From: Lepidodermella squamata
Lineage: Eukaryota; Animalia; Gastrotricha
Assembly (NCBI GenBank): GCA_047495785.1
Contig: JBLDXI010000029.1
Location: forward strand, 1,550,001-1,614,000
Reading direction: 5' to 3'
Length of the DNA: 64,000 bases
The notes below the pieces were generated by a model. The model did not search any database, was not told the origin of the DNA, and saw nothing but the letters and a program-made list of their open reading frames with translations. The position numbers were made by a program, and so were the translations under genes. Positions 1 to 12,530 of this stretch are shown here, piece after piece; position 1 is the first letter of the stretch, and every line of letters begins with the position of its first letter.

Positions 1-2723
1 ATGACCATAGTTGCGGCCATTGCGACAATTGTCACTAAGCAGCCATATAAGCAAATTCTGGTATACTTGTTTTCTTTAATCACCGTAGGTTTCTAGACAG
101 AAGGGAACATGTGAAATTGATAGGTAGCCTTCGAAATCTCACTTACCGATCTGATGATGAAAACTAGAAAAACCGATCGCAAGATTGCGAGAGCATTCAT
201 GGAAAAAACTGCGAGGACACAACCCTGGGTGATGGGTGATCGCAGATTTGTTGAACAGGAGTAATAAGCATGTCTGTAAGCTACACTCGGTAACCGAGAA
301 GACGGCGGTAGCGGTAGCTCCACCAGGACAACACTTATCGGAGCCATAACCAGCCAAATAGTTAAGATACCTCCAACTAGGCAAATATAGCCGAATATGT
401 TGCAAACTCCTCTTTTCAGATATCCCAATGCCATTAGGTCCATTAGTTGGTCTACAGCAGGAGTTGGTGACTTCCTGTGACGCGAGTAGTCATCCGCGAG
501 TAACGATGAGATCTCAAGCCTAACATAAATTCCTGAGAAAACCAGCGAATAGCCAAGAAACAGCTGGCTGTATGAGACAACGCAGCTCCATGCTATTGCT
601 TTACCCCTCCAAGTGGGGGCGAAGAACACATGCATTTGAATCAGCAGACAGCCGATCAACACTACAAGACTTGAACCAGGCAAAACTCGGATTGATCCAG
701 AATAGGAACGTTTCGTTTGAAGGCCCAGCAAAGCAAAACTTGTTATCGATAGCACACACGCCGTAGCTTTTGAATTTTTAAACAATTAAATGTCTTTTTT
801 TGTTTTTTTCCTCACTCACCGTATAACGCTCCTCCAATAGTTGAATCAATCATTGGCCGGATAATGACCACAACTTGGAGACTGTCCGGGGGCGGATTGC
901 CGTCAAATGTGCTCCAAATAATCGGACGTTTCGCAACAAGTTTGTACCCATTTTCGTTGTCAAGTCTATAGGCTAGTACGGGGACGAGATTCCAGCCCCC
1001 GGATGAGTTTCGGCGCATTTGCGAGATTGCTGTTAGGGAGTAGCCCGATGACCAGCCTTTCACCTCCGTATCAGGGTCTAATGGATATTCGTTGATTAGC
1101 CCACGAAAACTGACGTTGTAGATGCTTTTCTCCATTAGGCGCATGAATTCTTCGCCGTGATGCTGTAGCTTTTCGGAAGAGATAACCCAGTCAGAAAGTG
1201 TCTGATTTCCTACACTCAGTTTTCAATCATAAAAGGATTAACTCGGGGTCTTTTGCCTTACTTAAGTTGAGTAGTCGCTCGGTCTCGTTAAGCCAAAACG
1301 CGGTGAAGAGAATGTTTTCATACATTCGAAGTGGATTGCTGATAGCAGTAGTAACGCGGGGCGGATTTTCGACCCGCTCCGCCATGATCGCCTCGAATTC
1401 GTTTGCCGTAAGTCCGGTAACGTCCGTAGCATTACCGTCCGCCAGTTCATTGTTTGTTAGAGCTGTGAGGAAAAAGGTATAGCGCATCATTTCGATTTGC
1501 ATCGCCACAGTGCACCAATTTCGAGTAAGCGGCGCATTTGAATAGTCGCCTGGTGTTGAAACTGAGGTGGCGATGAAAACGTAATTTGAACCGTAGGCGC
1601 CATTTTTGTACAAGAGACACAAATAATCCATGGAAAAATCTCCAGGTATCACAATGATTCGAGCGTCGTTTATTGTGGCCTCTTCAATCGCCGCAGCCAT
1701 TCGTTTAACAGCTTCGGCGTAAACGGCGTAATCGTACGGTGACAGATCAATTGCTGCGTAACCAATAAGGGACAATTCGAGTCTATCCATTTCGCGCAGG
1801 AGCCGCCTCTCGCTCTATAATTCAGAAAAAGGCATTGCAATAAACATTGCGTATCCCCGAAATTCTAAGCGGTTGTTAAACAATTGTTTCGCTTTCACCA
1901 CAAGGGTTCTTTGATAATGTTGGGACTGTAGCGCTTCTAATCATACAGAGTACTCTCACTACGACAATGCAATAGTGTTGATATATTTCGTATACTTACT
2001 GCTGGTTGGTTGTCAGCCGCAATTTGGTTGATGAATGCAACTTTTTTCCAGCCGTTGAGCTTCATGAAGTGCGCGATCGTGGCATGCCTATCAACAAATG
2101 TTGTCCCAAACGCAAAGAACCCTCTGTGAAGCGCCCGGTTGCTCATGATGTCGGAATTCGCGTAACATGCCGACTGCGAAAAAATAATCAACAAATAATT
2201 AATCACTTAATATCATGACTCACTCCGGCGTAGTTGAAATGATGTAATATGGGAGGTGTCTTCCGCCAGCCGCTGTTATACCCGGCAAATAATGGCAAGC
2301 GGTCTTTGCTGTCTTGGTCAGTTACGATAGACATGAGCCGCGGTACAGGATTCACAAAGTACTGAAAAATGCCTTCAATCCTAAGTAGTGGCATATTCAA
2401 AGACCTACAAATGGATTCTCTGCTTCGTCGTATAGATCGAGGACGAGTTCGTAGTTTGGCAGCAGGTTTGGCACAAGACGAATTCTTTCTAGAGCGAGCT
2501 GCATCGCAGATGTCCCCAATGGCCCTCTTGATACTAGCGGTGCTACAGGACTGACTGTCACGTTGTAGAAAAGAGATGCGGCAATTGCTATTCGGTTTCT
2601 AGCAGGTTTCGATTGGGCGTCGCTTGCAACTAACCTTCGTGGAAGCTTCGATGAAGTCATAGAAAGTTTAACGGCTTCACCGAAGTACAACATGGATAAG
2701 AGGCATATTAGATGTTTAATCAT
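1..2723 (-). CDS. GABA-B-like class C GPCR, group A copy 1 (multi-exon; 3' end runs off the window start)
   Basis: ORFs 2397-2723, 2203-2400, 1937-2206, 1227-1790, 812-1144 and 93-785 join through short GT-AG introns (e.g. 2408-2362). Signal peptide, AMQLALERIRLVPNLLPNYELVLDLYD flytrap N-terminal motif, WSTFDGNPPPD linker, hydrophobic TM segments. Colinear with three other copies in the window. Confidence 0.85.
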
Positions 2724-3237
2724 CTTGCTCTGTTATTCAAAAACGTAACTTTAGGAGCACTTGTACGCTAAGTGATAAATTCCTCTACTGATTCAATTCC
2801 TTAGTTTGATTGATTGGCAAGCATAGCAATCCTTTTAACAAGATAGAGCCGATTCATTAGTAAAAACATCTTTCATCGTTTCCTCGGACACTATCTTATT
2901 ATCTGCTTTTGCTCCATAATCCAGCTCCTCGAAGTTCACTGTGCGTATTTCGAAGTTGTTCCTACGAGTAAACTGAGAGGAGACAAAATACAAATGAAAC
3001 CCTTTCAAGCGGGCGCTGACCTCGCTTGAAACCAGTGGGATTTTTACCTTGAACTTCAACGATACAAATTAATCAGTAAGAGCTGCAATTCAAAACTTAC
3101 CGATTTTATCATGAAAACTGAAGAACGATTAGATACGACGATTAGATTACAGGTATACATTCTACCGAAATTTGTTTTCAGAAATTTAAAATATAATAAT
3201 GTGTTAATCGCATTCCAGCCATCCGGAATCCAGATCC

Positions 3238-5499
3238 TCACTTGGAAACATTCGAAACCTTTGGCGAGAATCTGGACTCGACAGTCGATTTCTTTGACGT
3301 TTGGATCGGAACAGGCCTGGGCTTTGGCTGATAAAACAAAATAGAACTGGTCATGATGGAGGTCACTAACATGATAACAGCAAGACTCAGGTCAAGGACC
3401 ATCGTCGTAGTCGACGCATAGCCGATCAAGATCGCAGAAGCAATAATCGTTATGTTAGCCACAATCGCAAGTCGCACTCGCTTCACTTCAGCATTCTTCG
3501 CTTGCGATTTCAGCTTCATGACATAGACACCTCCCGTGAGCATCAAGCTCATTAGAATAACTAGATATACAGCCAAAAATATCGTCTCGTTTTTTGAAGT
3601 ACAAGCTGTGTTTATATAGGCGATGTAGGTATCTTCTTCGTCGAGGTAATCAACCTGGTTCTCTCGGCTAAATCGCAAACCATAATTTTCGAAAACCATC
3701 CATGCGGCGTAGATCAAAATCATGAATAAAACGAATGACAAAGCTCTCAGTAAGAAGTGGCGTTCCGAAAATTTCCGAATAATGCTACCATATCCACGAA
3801 TTTTGAGATTGCAACAATTGTTCAGTCCATGAGCTGTACTAACAAGACCGCTGCATAAGAGTGAAACAGCAAACACAGAGAAGAATAGTCTCGCTTGGCA
3901 TAAAATTGTGGAACGAAACCTCGTCGGAGTCCCGAAAAGCACGGCTGATAGATCGAGAAACATGAATGAGATCCAAAATATTGGAATTCGAAAGGTCCTG
4001 ATTTTGCCTTTTGATATGATGAGCTTTCCAAAAGCTACGAATAACAAAATGCAGAAATGCATACCTGAAATAGCTGTTATCGCAATGAATCCTGAATCGG
4101 GTATTCCTCTGACAACAGTTCTCAAGTAAGCTGAGTCTTTCGGCACAAAATTACGGGTAAACGGTAGGACAGGATCAATTGAGAAGGAATCCGGACTGAA
4201 AATGTCCGTGGAATTTTCATGTAACGTGACGGCATATCTTGCGATTAAGCCTTTCCCTATCTGATAGGTGGTTAACAGCTGAGGTTCGAAGTCAACCTCT
4301 AAACGCTCGGAATAGCGAAATGAGCCAGATCGCATGTTATCATACATCAATTTCGCAGCACTCATGTTGGCGACCTTCATAACTTCTTCCTGGTTGAGTT
4401 TGTAGTCCGATAGGCTCATGTTTCGGGTTTGCAGTGCTTTTTCGGTCTGTGCGAGAGTTATGACTCCTGCAAGGGCTGAGTCATAACAAAAATGTCGGTA
4501 AATATCATCAGGTTGCGGGCCACTGACCCTGGTTGCCCAAAGACTTTCGAAATCATTGAAACTCATACCCAAGGAGTCACGACCGGATTTGGGTAGCATC
4601 ACAGGCTCAACAGTTCCGGAAAGAATAACTCGGGCTAGTTGCTCTGCGAAAATCTCTCGCGAACAGCCTGGGGGGTAGGCAGCGTTTGGCAGAGCGAACG
4701 GTTCCACAAAGGCAAGACTGGATGTGAAAATCAAGTACTTCGCACCTACCATGCCGTGCTTTTTCATCTGGCACAAAAAACCTGCTAGGAGTCTCCAATC
4801 AGCAATTTCCAACGAAAATATGCGGATATCAGACTTTTTCAGGGATTCAATGATTTCGTCGGTGAAAGCCATCACAGCTTCAAACCTCGCTACATCAAAG
4901 CCTACCTTAACCAAAGCTGCGTGAAAGAAAATTGCGGTTTCGGTATTGTACGGATTACCATTGAGAACGGTGAGTATGGCTAGTTTCCTCACAGATGAGT
5001 ACTTCTTGAGGAAATGAACCCTGGCTAGCAGGCTCATTTCAGCTGGTGCTCGAATTCTGTACATGTTAGGGTAGATATCCCGCTTAGACGTTTGTGATGG
5101 GGTGACGCAAGATGTTGCAATCATTACCATATTCAGCTGAGATGCGATAGATCCGAGGGATTTGCATCCAGGTGTAAAAATTGGTCCGAGAAGAATTGGC
5201 GATGGGAGGGTCGTAGAAGCAGCGTCCTCAAGGTACTTCCACGTGAATTTGACTCCTTCGCGTGCTGCTACTGCTGTGTTTGCTACCTCGTCTTGAACCT
5301 CGAGCTCAATTTGGTAACCGGGCAGCAAATCGCTTTTGCTATTGGCCAACTCGATTACTAATTCTTGGGCAAGCTGGCATCGGCGAAAATTGATACCATC
5401 GATCCCTGTGAATGGTATGGTTGAGAGCAACCTCAAAGTCTTTTGCGGTTCTACGAGTGCAACAGGCAGAAGCAAAAGAATTCGGAATATATTATGCAT
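3238..5499 (-). CDS. GABA-B-like class C GPCR, group B copy 1 (intronless)
   Basis: Within ORF 3238-5880. Likely start MHNIFRILLL at 5499 (signal peptide; matches MHTLFRTLL of the paralogue at 42156). AQELVIELANSKSDLLPGYQIELEVQD motif, YPNMYR motif, seven hydrophobic segments with Cys at the top of TM3 and in ECL2. Confidence 0.85.
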   Translation of the reverse strand: MHNIFRILLLLPVALVEPQKTLRLLSTIPFTGIDGINFRRCQLAQELVIELANSKSDLLPGYQIELEVQDEVANTAVAAREGVKFTWKYLEDAASTTLPSPILLGPIFTPGCKSLGSIASQLNMVMIATSCVTPSQTSKRDIYPNMYRIRAPAEMSLLARVHFLKKYSSVRKLAILTVLNGNPYNTETAIFFHAALVKVGFDVARFEAVMAFTDEIIESLKKSDIRIFSLEIADWRLLAGFLCQMKKHGMVGAKYLIFTSSLAFVEPFALPNAAYPPGCSREIFAEQLARVILSGTVEPVMLPKSGRDSLGMSFNDFESLWATRVSGPQPDDIYRHFCYDSALAGVITLAQTEKALQTRNMSLSDYKLNQEEVMKVANMSAAKLMYDNMRSGSFRYSERLEVDFEPQLLTTYQIGKGLIARYAVTLHENSTDIFSPDSFSIDPVLPFTRNFVPKDSAYLRTVVRGIPDSGFIAITAISGMHFCILLFVAFGKLIISKGKIRTFRIPIFWISFMFLDLSAVLFGTPTRFRSTILCQARLFFSVFAVSLLCSGLVSTAHGLNNCCNLKIRGYGSIIRKFSERHFLLRALSFVLFMILIYAAWMVFENYGLRFSRENQVDYLDEEDTYIAYINTACTSKNETIFLAVYLVILMSLMLTGGVYVMKLKSQAKNAEVKRVRLAIVANITIIASAILIGYASTTTMVLDLSLAVIMLVTSIMTSSILFYQPKPRPVPIQTSKKSTVESRFSPKVSNVSK

Positions 5500-6315
5500 T
5501 TTATGCTGCATATGAATTTCAGCTGGTTTGTTATATCTGAACTTTTTCCATTCAATAGACAAAAAGATGTCCAAACAGGATAGAATTTCATTTCGTGTTA
5601 CGAATTTCGGACAAAAAAGGTTCATAGATGTTTCCTGAGTACATAACTCAGATACGGGTTTTGACGAATACTGTCTTCCACGCTCTATTCTAGCAAGATA
5701 ACGCCATATTTCCGCCTGCTTGGACTTACAATTTTCAGAGAATAGACCATAATACAATTTGTAGCTAAACCATAGTTCAAACGCTGGATGACTATTTTCT
5801 AGGGCAATTTCAAATTTGCTAGCTCTCAAAAACAATAAGACCCAAGCTGTCGAACATATGTTGTCTGCGCAATAAAACAAACTCTTCCGGGATCGTGGAC
5901 AGTGATGATTCAGGCGTCACAAAGTGCATTTTCTTCGAAGAATAAATGCTCAACAATGTCGGCTACTTTAGCCTACTTCAGGGACATGTCGGAGTTAAAA
6001 ATGAAACTCGCAAACAAATAAACATAGATCCGCTAAAAACCAGGCGAGTTCGCTTTATTTGCAATATGAAGCCTGTTCCCTCCCCAGACTGTCAGCGAAT
6101 AAGGGACGTGTCACGCGAGTTTGGAGGGCGCTGCTTTTAAGAGCATTCTGTCGGAGTGAGGACGGACATTTGACGCGGCAACTTAAAAGAAGAAAAACGA
6201 CCACCGCGTGCTTGTTACTTCCTGCTTTTGCGAGATTTTGACAATGGACATTTGAGGAATACGGTATAAATGCATGCAAATCGTAGACAAAGCTAGCTAC
6301 AAATCTTTGACAGAA

Positions 6316-8613
6316 ATGAACTTGAACTCACTGACCGTTATCGGACTGCTTCTGGCTTCAGCAGACCTTGGAGGTTCTTCTAAACCATTCCGGCTGAGAA
6401 TGCTGTCGGTTCTACCATTCGTGTCGGGCATTCCCGGAGTGGAATTCAACCGCTGCTCACAGGCGCAAGACCTGGCTGTTGAGCTAGTCAACAACAGAAG
6501 CGACATCTTGCCAGACTACCACATCGAACTGAACCATCGTGATGAAATCGCGAATACCGCTGGGTCAGCTATGCAAGGTGTTCGATTCTCATGGGACTCG
6601 AGCGCATCTCCAGATGTCATCCCGTCACCAGTTGCGTTGGGACCGATCTTCACAGCAGGATGTAAAACGTTGGGATCCGTCGCGAGATATCTAGATATGG
6701 TTGTGATTGCAACTTCTTGCCCAGCCCCAGGCCTCACTCAACGGCGTGACTTGTTTCCTAATCTATACCGCGTTCGAGCATCAGCAGAAATCGGTCTAAT
6801 TTCGCGCATTCAGTTCTTGAAAAAATTCACCACTATTCGAAAAATCGCAGTCATCACAGTTCTGAACGGGAACAGTTACAACACCGAGTCGGCAATCTAC
6901 CTCCACAGTGCTTTGGTGCGAACCGGTTTTGACGTGCTGAAATTCGAGGCAGTGACTGAATTCACTGATGACTTCATCCAAACGTTGAAAGATGCCGATA
7001 TTCGTGTGTTTTCAATGGACGCCGGTGATTGGCGCTCTATCACAATCTTCCTATGCCAGCTCCACAAATTCGGCATGAAAGGGGATAGGTATCTCTTCTT
7101 CATTGCTAACATTGCCTATGCTGACCCGTACGGTATCGCAGTCTACCCGCCTGGCTGTACGAGGGACGTCTACATGACACAACTTACTAGAACAATAGTC
7201 TCTGGCCCAGCTGATCCGCTAGTCCTCCCCAATAATGGGATAGATGAAATGGGTCTGAGTTATAACGATTTCGAGCGTATTTGGACCGAAAAGACTCGAA
7301 CGAAAGAATACGGCGACATTTACCGCCACTTGTGCTACGACGCTGCTATGACTGCAGTGAGAACACTAGAGGCCACGGAGCGCAGACTTCAATATCTTAA
7401 AAAGAGCCTAAGAGACTATAGAAATGACAAATCTTTGATAGGCTCTGTTGCTAACAAAAGTATGACCGATGTTACATTCAAAAACATGAGAACAGGACAG
7501 TTCTACTACTCGAAGCGAATGGAATGGGACGGCGAACCTCAAACCCTAACAAGCTACCAAATCGGCGTAGGTCAAATTGTGAGATACGTAGTAACATTGA
7601 AGGAGAACTCGACTAATCTTTTGGACTCAAATGCTTTCGTCATAACAACAAAAAAGCCTTTTCCGGATAATTTCATACCAAAAGATTCGGCTGAGGAAAT
7701 CGAAGTGATCGCCTGGAATTCGACTGATGGATTCACTGTCATTGTCATTATATCTGGCTTACACGTTTTGGCTTTGGGGCTATTCCTCGTGCGTAGAATT
7801 CTGAAATCTTTGAACTCTTTCGAGAAGCTTGTTAAGGAAGATGCGGCATTCCTTCTCAGCTTTGTTCTACTGGATACCGCTTCTGCTCTGGTATCGACGA
7901 ATGCTGAGATGAAGTCAACAAATTTGTGCGGGGCGAGCCTGTTTTTCATCTTAGTAGGAGTGACCTTACTCTTCGCGTCTCTCAATGTTGAAGCATACGA
8001 ATTGGTAAGAGCATTGCGACCTATTTCAAGTAGAATCAAACGGAACCGCCAGCTCCCTGAGATCCAGATAGGCCGAATGTATGCTATGATCAAAACAGCT
8101 TTCGTAGCAATTATAGCAATAGGCTTTTACGTCGTATGGATGGCTATTGATCCCCCTCATGTTCTGACAACTGTCCGAGAAAACAAGTATTTCGAATTCT
8201 CCGATGCTTACGTAAAAACAATAGCCGTGACTTGTTACTCCGAATATGGTTCTGCTTGGATTGGCTCGGCTTTGGTCTACAACTTAGCCATTCTGTTGTC
8301 CGGAGTTCTGTCCATAATGAGGCTACGGGCTAAGAAAGGCATCAAACTGTTCCCTGAAATCAGAAGAATCGCCCTGTCGATTATTGTAGGCATTTCTATT
8401 TTCGTAGCTTCAATAGCTATTGGATTCATGAATTCGCCAGGTGGAGTTCAAGATTTGTCTATTTCAGTCGGGCTTTTGATGACGTCATTGGTAGTCAGTG
8501 CTATATTCTACTTTTTATCTTGGAAGCCGATGTATTCAGTGACGAACGTTGTAGATACGACAGTTCATCATTCTGTAAACTCTGGCTCAACGAATTCGAG
8601 AGCACAAACGTGA
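6316..8613 (+). CDS. GABA-B-like class C GPCR, group B copy 2 (intronless)
   Basis: ORF 6274-8613, likely start MNLNSLTVIGLLL at 6316. LAVELVNNRSDILPDYHIEL, FPNLYR, WMAIDP at the end of TM4, seven TM segments. Confidence 0.88.
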   Translation: MNLNSLTVIGLLLASADLGGSSKPFRLRMLSVLPFVSGIPGVEFNRCSQAQDLAVELVNNRSDILPDYHIELNHRDEIANTAGSAMQGVRFSWDSSASPDVIPSPVALGPIFTAGCKTLGSVARYLDMVVIATSCPAPGLTQRRDLFPNLYRVRASAEIGLISRIQFLKKFTTIRKIAVITVLNGNSYNTESAIYLHSALVRTGFDVLKFEAVTEFTDDFIQTLKDADIRVFSMDAGDWRSITIFLCQLHKFGMKGDRYLFFIANIAYADPYGIAVYPPGCTRDVYMTQLTRTIVSGPADPLVLPNNGIDEMGLSYNDFERIWTEKTRTKEYGDIYRHLCYDAAMTAVRTLEATERRLQYLKKSLRDYRNDKSLIGSVANKSMTDVTFKNMRTGQFYYSKRMEWDGEPQTLTSYQIGVGQIVRYVVTLKENSTNLLDSNAFVITTKKPFPDNFIPKDSAEEIEVIAWNSTDGFTVIVIISGLHVLALGLFLVRRILKSLNSFEKLVKEDAAFLLSFVLLDTASALVSTNAEMKSTNLCGASLFFILVGVTLLFASLNVEAYELVRALRPISSRIKRNRQLPEIQIGRMYAMIKTAFVAIIAIGFYVVWMAIDPPHVLTTVRENKYFEFSDAYVKTIAVTCYSEYGSAWIGSALVYNLAILLSGVLSIMRLRAKKGIKLFPEIRRIALSIIVGISIFVASIAIGFMNSPGGVQDLSISVGLLMTSLVVSAIFYFLSWKPMYSVTNVVDTTVHHSVNSGSTNSRAQT

Positions 8614-9249
8614 CATGAACAATGAACTATTCTGATATTTTCAATTTAATTATGAATATAGTTGCGTCTGTCAAATTTAATTTCTGAATTGAATCTGAAT
8701 AAAGCTTTTAAACCTTCAATATTTCGAATGTTGAATCACAAGTTACTGCTATATAGCCTCAGCGAATAGCGAATATGGAAAATGCGACTATAGCCCATAC
8801 TTGTTAATTGTTGACTTCGTAGCGTTGCGTGAGGCGTCTTACTAAGTTCGCACAAGAAATAGGAGCTGAAAGAGAACAAAGTTCAAAGCCGTCGAATTTC
8901 AGGATGTTTATACATTTCGCGATTTTCAAAATGTTCTGTCCGTTCATTTTGTCCATTATAGCATGAAAAATCTCGACTTTTGACAGGTATGATCTCCAGA
9001 CGTGTACGAACACATCGAACTCATGCACTCAGTGACCGACAAGTTCCCATCGTTTTATCAAAAAACATTCAATTGTTCAACCGCTTCCAAAATTTGACCG
9101 CTAACTAACTGTTTAACCAGTTAGTAATACTTTACTCTTTACTCACAATGGCAACATTTTGAGTATTGGGGACTGAACTCATGTGTCCATAGTTTTCAAG
9201 TCTAGAGTTGCATATTCCACGTTTTTTGAAGCTCGTCTGTTTCAAATTC

Positions 9250-12022
9250 CTATTGAATGCTGCTATGCTGTTGCGATGATAGTCCAAATCTGACGCTTCG
9301 CTTCAACGATTCTCGAATCTGACGCGTTGTCTGCTTCATCCTGCGAAATTCCAATTTTCATAGATCATCAATATATGTTGACGAAACTCACCCAAAGCTG
9401 AGAAAAATGCAAGTTAAATTTATGTAAGCTACAAGGAGACCGGCGCTGATTACAAGAAGCTGTAGGTTATGCTGTACGCTCGCTAACAACAGCGCAATCA
9501 GAACTGTCGCTCCAATCACAGTAATCTGGGAGTAGAACCTAATCTTAAGCACGAACGCCCCATCGCCAGTCTGGAAATATCGATAATGTGGCATTAATGA
9601 CATGCAAATCTCAACGTCATAGTAACCTACAATTTTGACAGATTTCATTGAAATTCTCAGTACCATTGCGATTTCGCTGGTCGCGAGAACTGCCAGCAAG
9701 ACTCTACTAGTAACCTGCTGCATGACGAAATCACACTGAAAACTTCTCGATTGAAATGCATAACTCGATGTCTGAGCGGAAGTCATCTTCAAGGAAGATG
9801 AGACATCTGTAGGTTCCGTGATAAGCCACGCAGACTGAGATATTTACGAACAACCACGGAATTAGAACCGCAGACGCTCTCAGAATATCGCCTTTCTCCG
9901 CTGCCGCCCCCATGCTTCCACCAGCTCTTGTTATTCGTGCAATCGTGGACTTCCGGTTGTGTCCTGCTGCCATCAAGTTGACATTTAGCGCTAAGCCAGC
10001 GATTGAAATAGAAAAACCGGAAAACAGGAATGCAGACACAACCACGCAGTTGCTTATAATATCAGGTCTGTTGTTAAGCGGCAAAGGAAGTGGCGAGAGC
10101 AGCAGGAAAATACTTCCGAGTATCGTTATCGAATTGCTGTAACTCCGCAGACGGTTAATTTTAGGCATTAACTTGATAACTATTTGAACAAGGAAGGCAA
10201 GACAAGTTCCAAGTATCGATATACCTGTTTATGTGATTTGAAAAGAATAATTTGATAGGGTTCAAAATGTAAGTAACTCACTGGCTAGAACCGCGTATTC
10301 AAGTATTGAGAATGGCGGTTCTTGCAAGACGATTATCTTTATCCTGTCCAATGGGGGCCGGCCGTCATGAGTTCGCCAAACTATATTATTCTCCCTTAAA
10401 AGTTTGATATACTCCTGTTTATCATTTGACTTGTAGTACGCAACTATTGGAGCGTCAAATCTCTGATTAGAGCGGCGCTTAAGTTGAGCCACAGTGATTG
10501 GCGAGAAGCCTTTCGTGTTCTTCATTGATCCTGCCTCGAATTGATACTCGCCTTTGAATCCTCGAATAAGAGGAGTCTCGTAAAATATCGCCCTCTTCAA
10601 CAGTGTCGAAAAGTCCAGATGGTCATGTAGCGCAGTCGTTTGATTGCCTATGAAAAAAAACAGATGAACAATATCTGGGATATCAAGAAATCGGGCGAAA
10701 AACTCACTTTCTTCTCTCAGGAGAGTTTTCGTAGCATTGAGAACACTACCAATGTAGATGATTTGATCATAGCACATGGTTCGCCAGTAATACCAAGCTG
10801 GGTTACTCTCAGGGTTTTTAAGCTTTCCCGACAGAGCACTAAGATAATCGCCATATCTAAGCCCAGTTGAATCCATCATGGAATCTCCTCCATTTATTGC
10901 CGCCATGGTTGAATCGCCGAAGAAAAACATGCTCTCTGAAACCTGATACGGCATTGCGACTAAGAGTTAGAGTATATTGGCGGCACTCACCGCAATCACC
11001 ATATCAACAGAACACCACGATATCTGCGAATCGGGTATTTTTACAGAAACAGGATCGAAATACGCCCATTGATCTAGGAAAAATACAAAGCTCGATCCGA
11101 CGAAGCCGAATCTATGCAGCCAGCATGACGTTGAAACTACTGAGTTTGAATTTATCATTATAATTCGAGGTTCTCGTCTAGCCATTTCCTCGAACGTCTC
11201 TCGTACTTCATCCTCGGCTTGGAGGTTGAAAGATAATTTTCCCATCCATACGATAGTGATGTTGTTCCTCTCCATGGTTTCGACGACATCTCGATCAACA
11301 GCATTGAAATATTCGTAGAGCTCGGAGATTATCGCTATGCGGGACCAGCCAATATTCTGCATGAATCGAGCCATTGCGATGTAAATCGAACCTGATTGCT
11401 CTCCGAGTGGGAATATAGAATCGCGGTGCTTGTACCTCGACAATTCGGGAACCTGATTTATTGAGAACTGTGGCGGGGAAAGAGGGCAACAAATTTAAAT
11501 AATTACTTTTTATTTGGCAAGAGACTTACGGCGGTATAGTTGTAATACTTAGCCAAGGAAGCTGTTGAAAAAAGTCCCCTCGACGAACACATCGATGTTA
11601 GTATGATTGGTAATCGCGAGCGCGGATTGTCTCCATTGCTCATCCTTGAAACCGCTTGGCTGATGGTTTTAGCATCGTCACACTTTAAAGACAGTTATTA
11701 AGATTGGATAAAAGGTTTTAAGGATCAGTTAAACCTCATCGTCGATCAAATCCACAATCATCTCGTAGCCTTTAAGCCAATTTTCCTGGGCTTTTAGCCT
11801 ATCCAATGCGATCTCCATTGATTTTGTACAGATTCCGCCAATTGGGAATATAAACCCACCGTAGTTGACTGATGCCGAAATTGATAAGACATTTTTCCGG
11901 GCTGAGTCACTGCCGAAGGTGGAAGATGTTACTTGAGTTGGCATAGGGGCGTTTATATCAACCTTCAAGCTATCAGTCCACTTGATGATTACTAAAGCCG
12001 TGAAATATAGAGTTGAAATCAT
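9250..12022 (-). CDS. GABA-B-like class C GPCR, group C (multi-exon; one apparent frameshift near 9832)
   Basis: ORFs 11729-12022, 10967-11443, 10262-10954, 9731-10168 and 9388-9792, plus a last exon ending at TAG 9250-9252. MEIALDRLKAQENWLKGYEM, IGWSRIAII and WRTHDGRPPLD motifs. TM4 reads ...FVNISV / AWLITEP across a frame change. Confidence 0.75.
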
Positions 12023-12530
12023 ATTTGGTTTCTTGAAGTGGTTGTTCCGTGGAGATGTGTACGCTTACTTCTTACTTTTATCGGTCTCGAGGAACACGTC
12101 ACGGAAGCTCAAGGTCATATTTCTTCAACTTTGCTCAATGATCCAACTTTTAATTCGACAGGGATTTGACGGAATCATTTCAATTTCCGCAGAAGTTTGC
12201 CTTGTTCAGTCTGCGGGGGCTGTAATCTTGAACACGAAATGTCGTCGTTTATTGTGTGTCATGTTCAAAGTTTAGTGCCTCTCGAGCGAAAGACTTTGAA
12301 CATGTACTACCTGTATTTCAACATTCTCATTGCATGTCACTTCTGCTTCTATTGAAAGCTATGACCATGTCTTCTGAAATTGTGCAGTGAATTGTCTCAA
12401 TACTCGATCGAAACAGCGGACCTCATTATTCAACTTGTGCAAAGAACAATAATTGTTTAGGAGGGTACGTAAGATTAAAAAGAGAGGAAACGATTATTCA
12501 AACCATAGAAGCGACACAAAGCTCGTCTAT

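Noticed and set aside
5500-5880. 127-aa N-terminal extension of ORF 3238-5880
   Set aside because: It starts at a non-ATG codon, precedes the signal peptide and is absent from paralogue B3.
9835-9847. 13-nt GT...AG whose removal repairs the group C frameshift (similarly a 10-nt GTGAGATTAG at about 62528-62537 in F)
   Set aside because: Far below the 45-60 nt intron size seen here, and removal would shorten conserved segments. A simple indel is more likely; RNA-seq would settle it.
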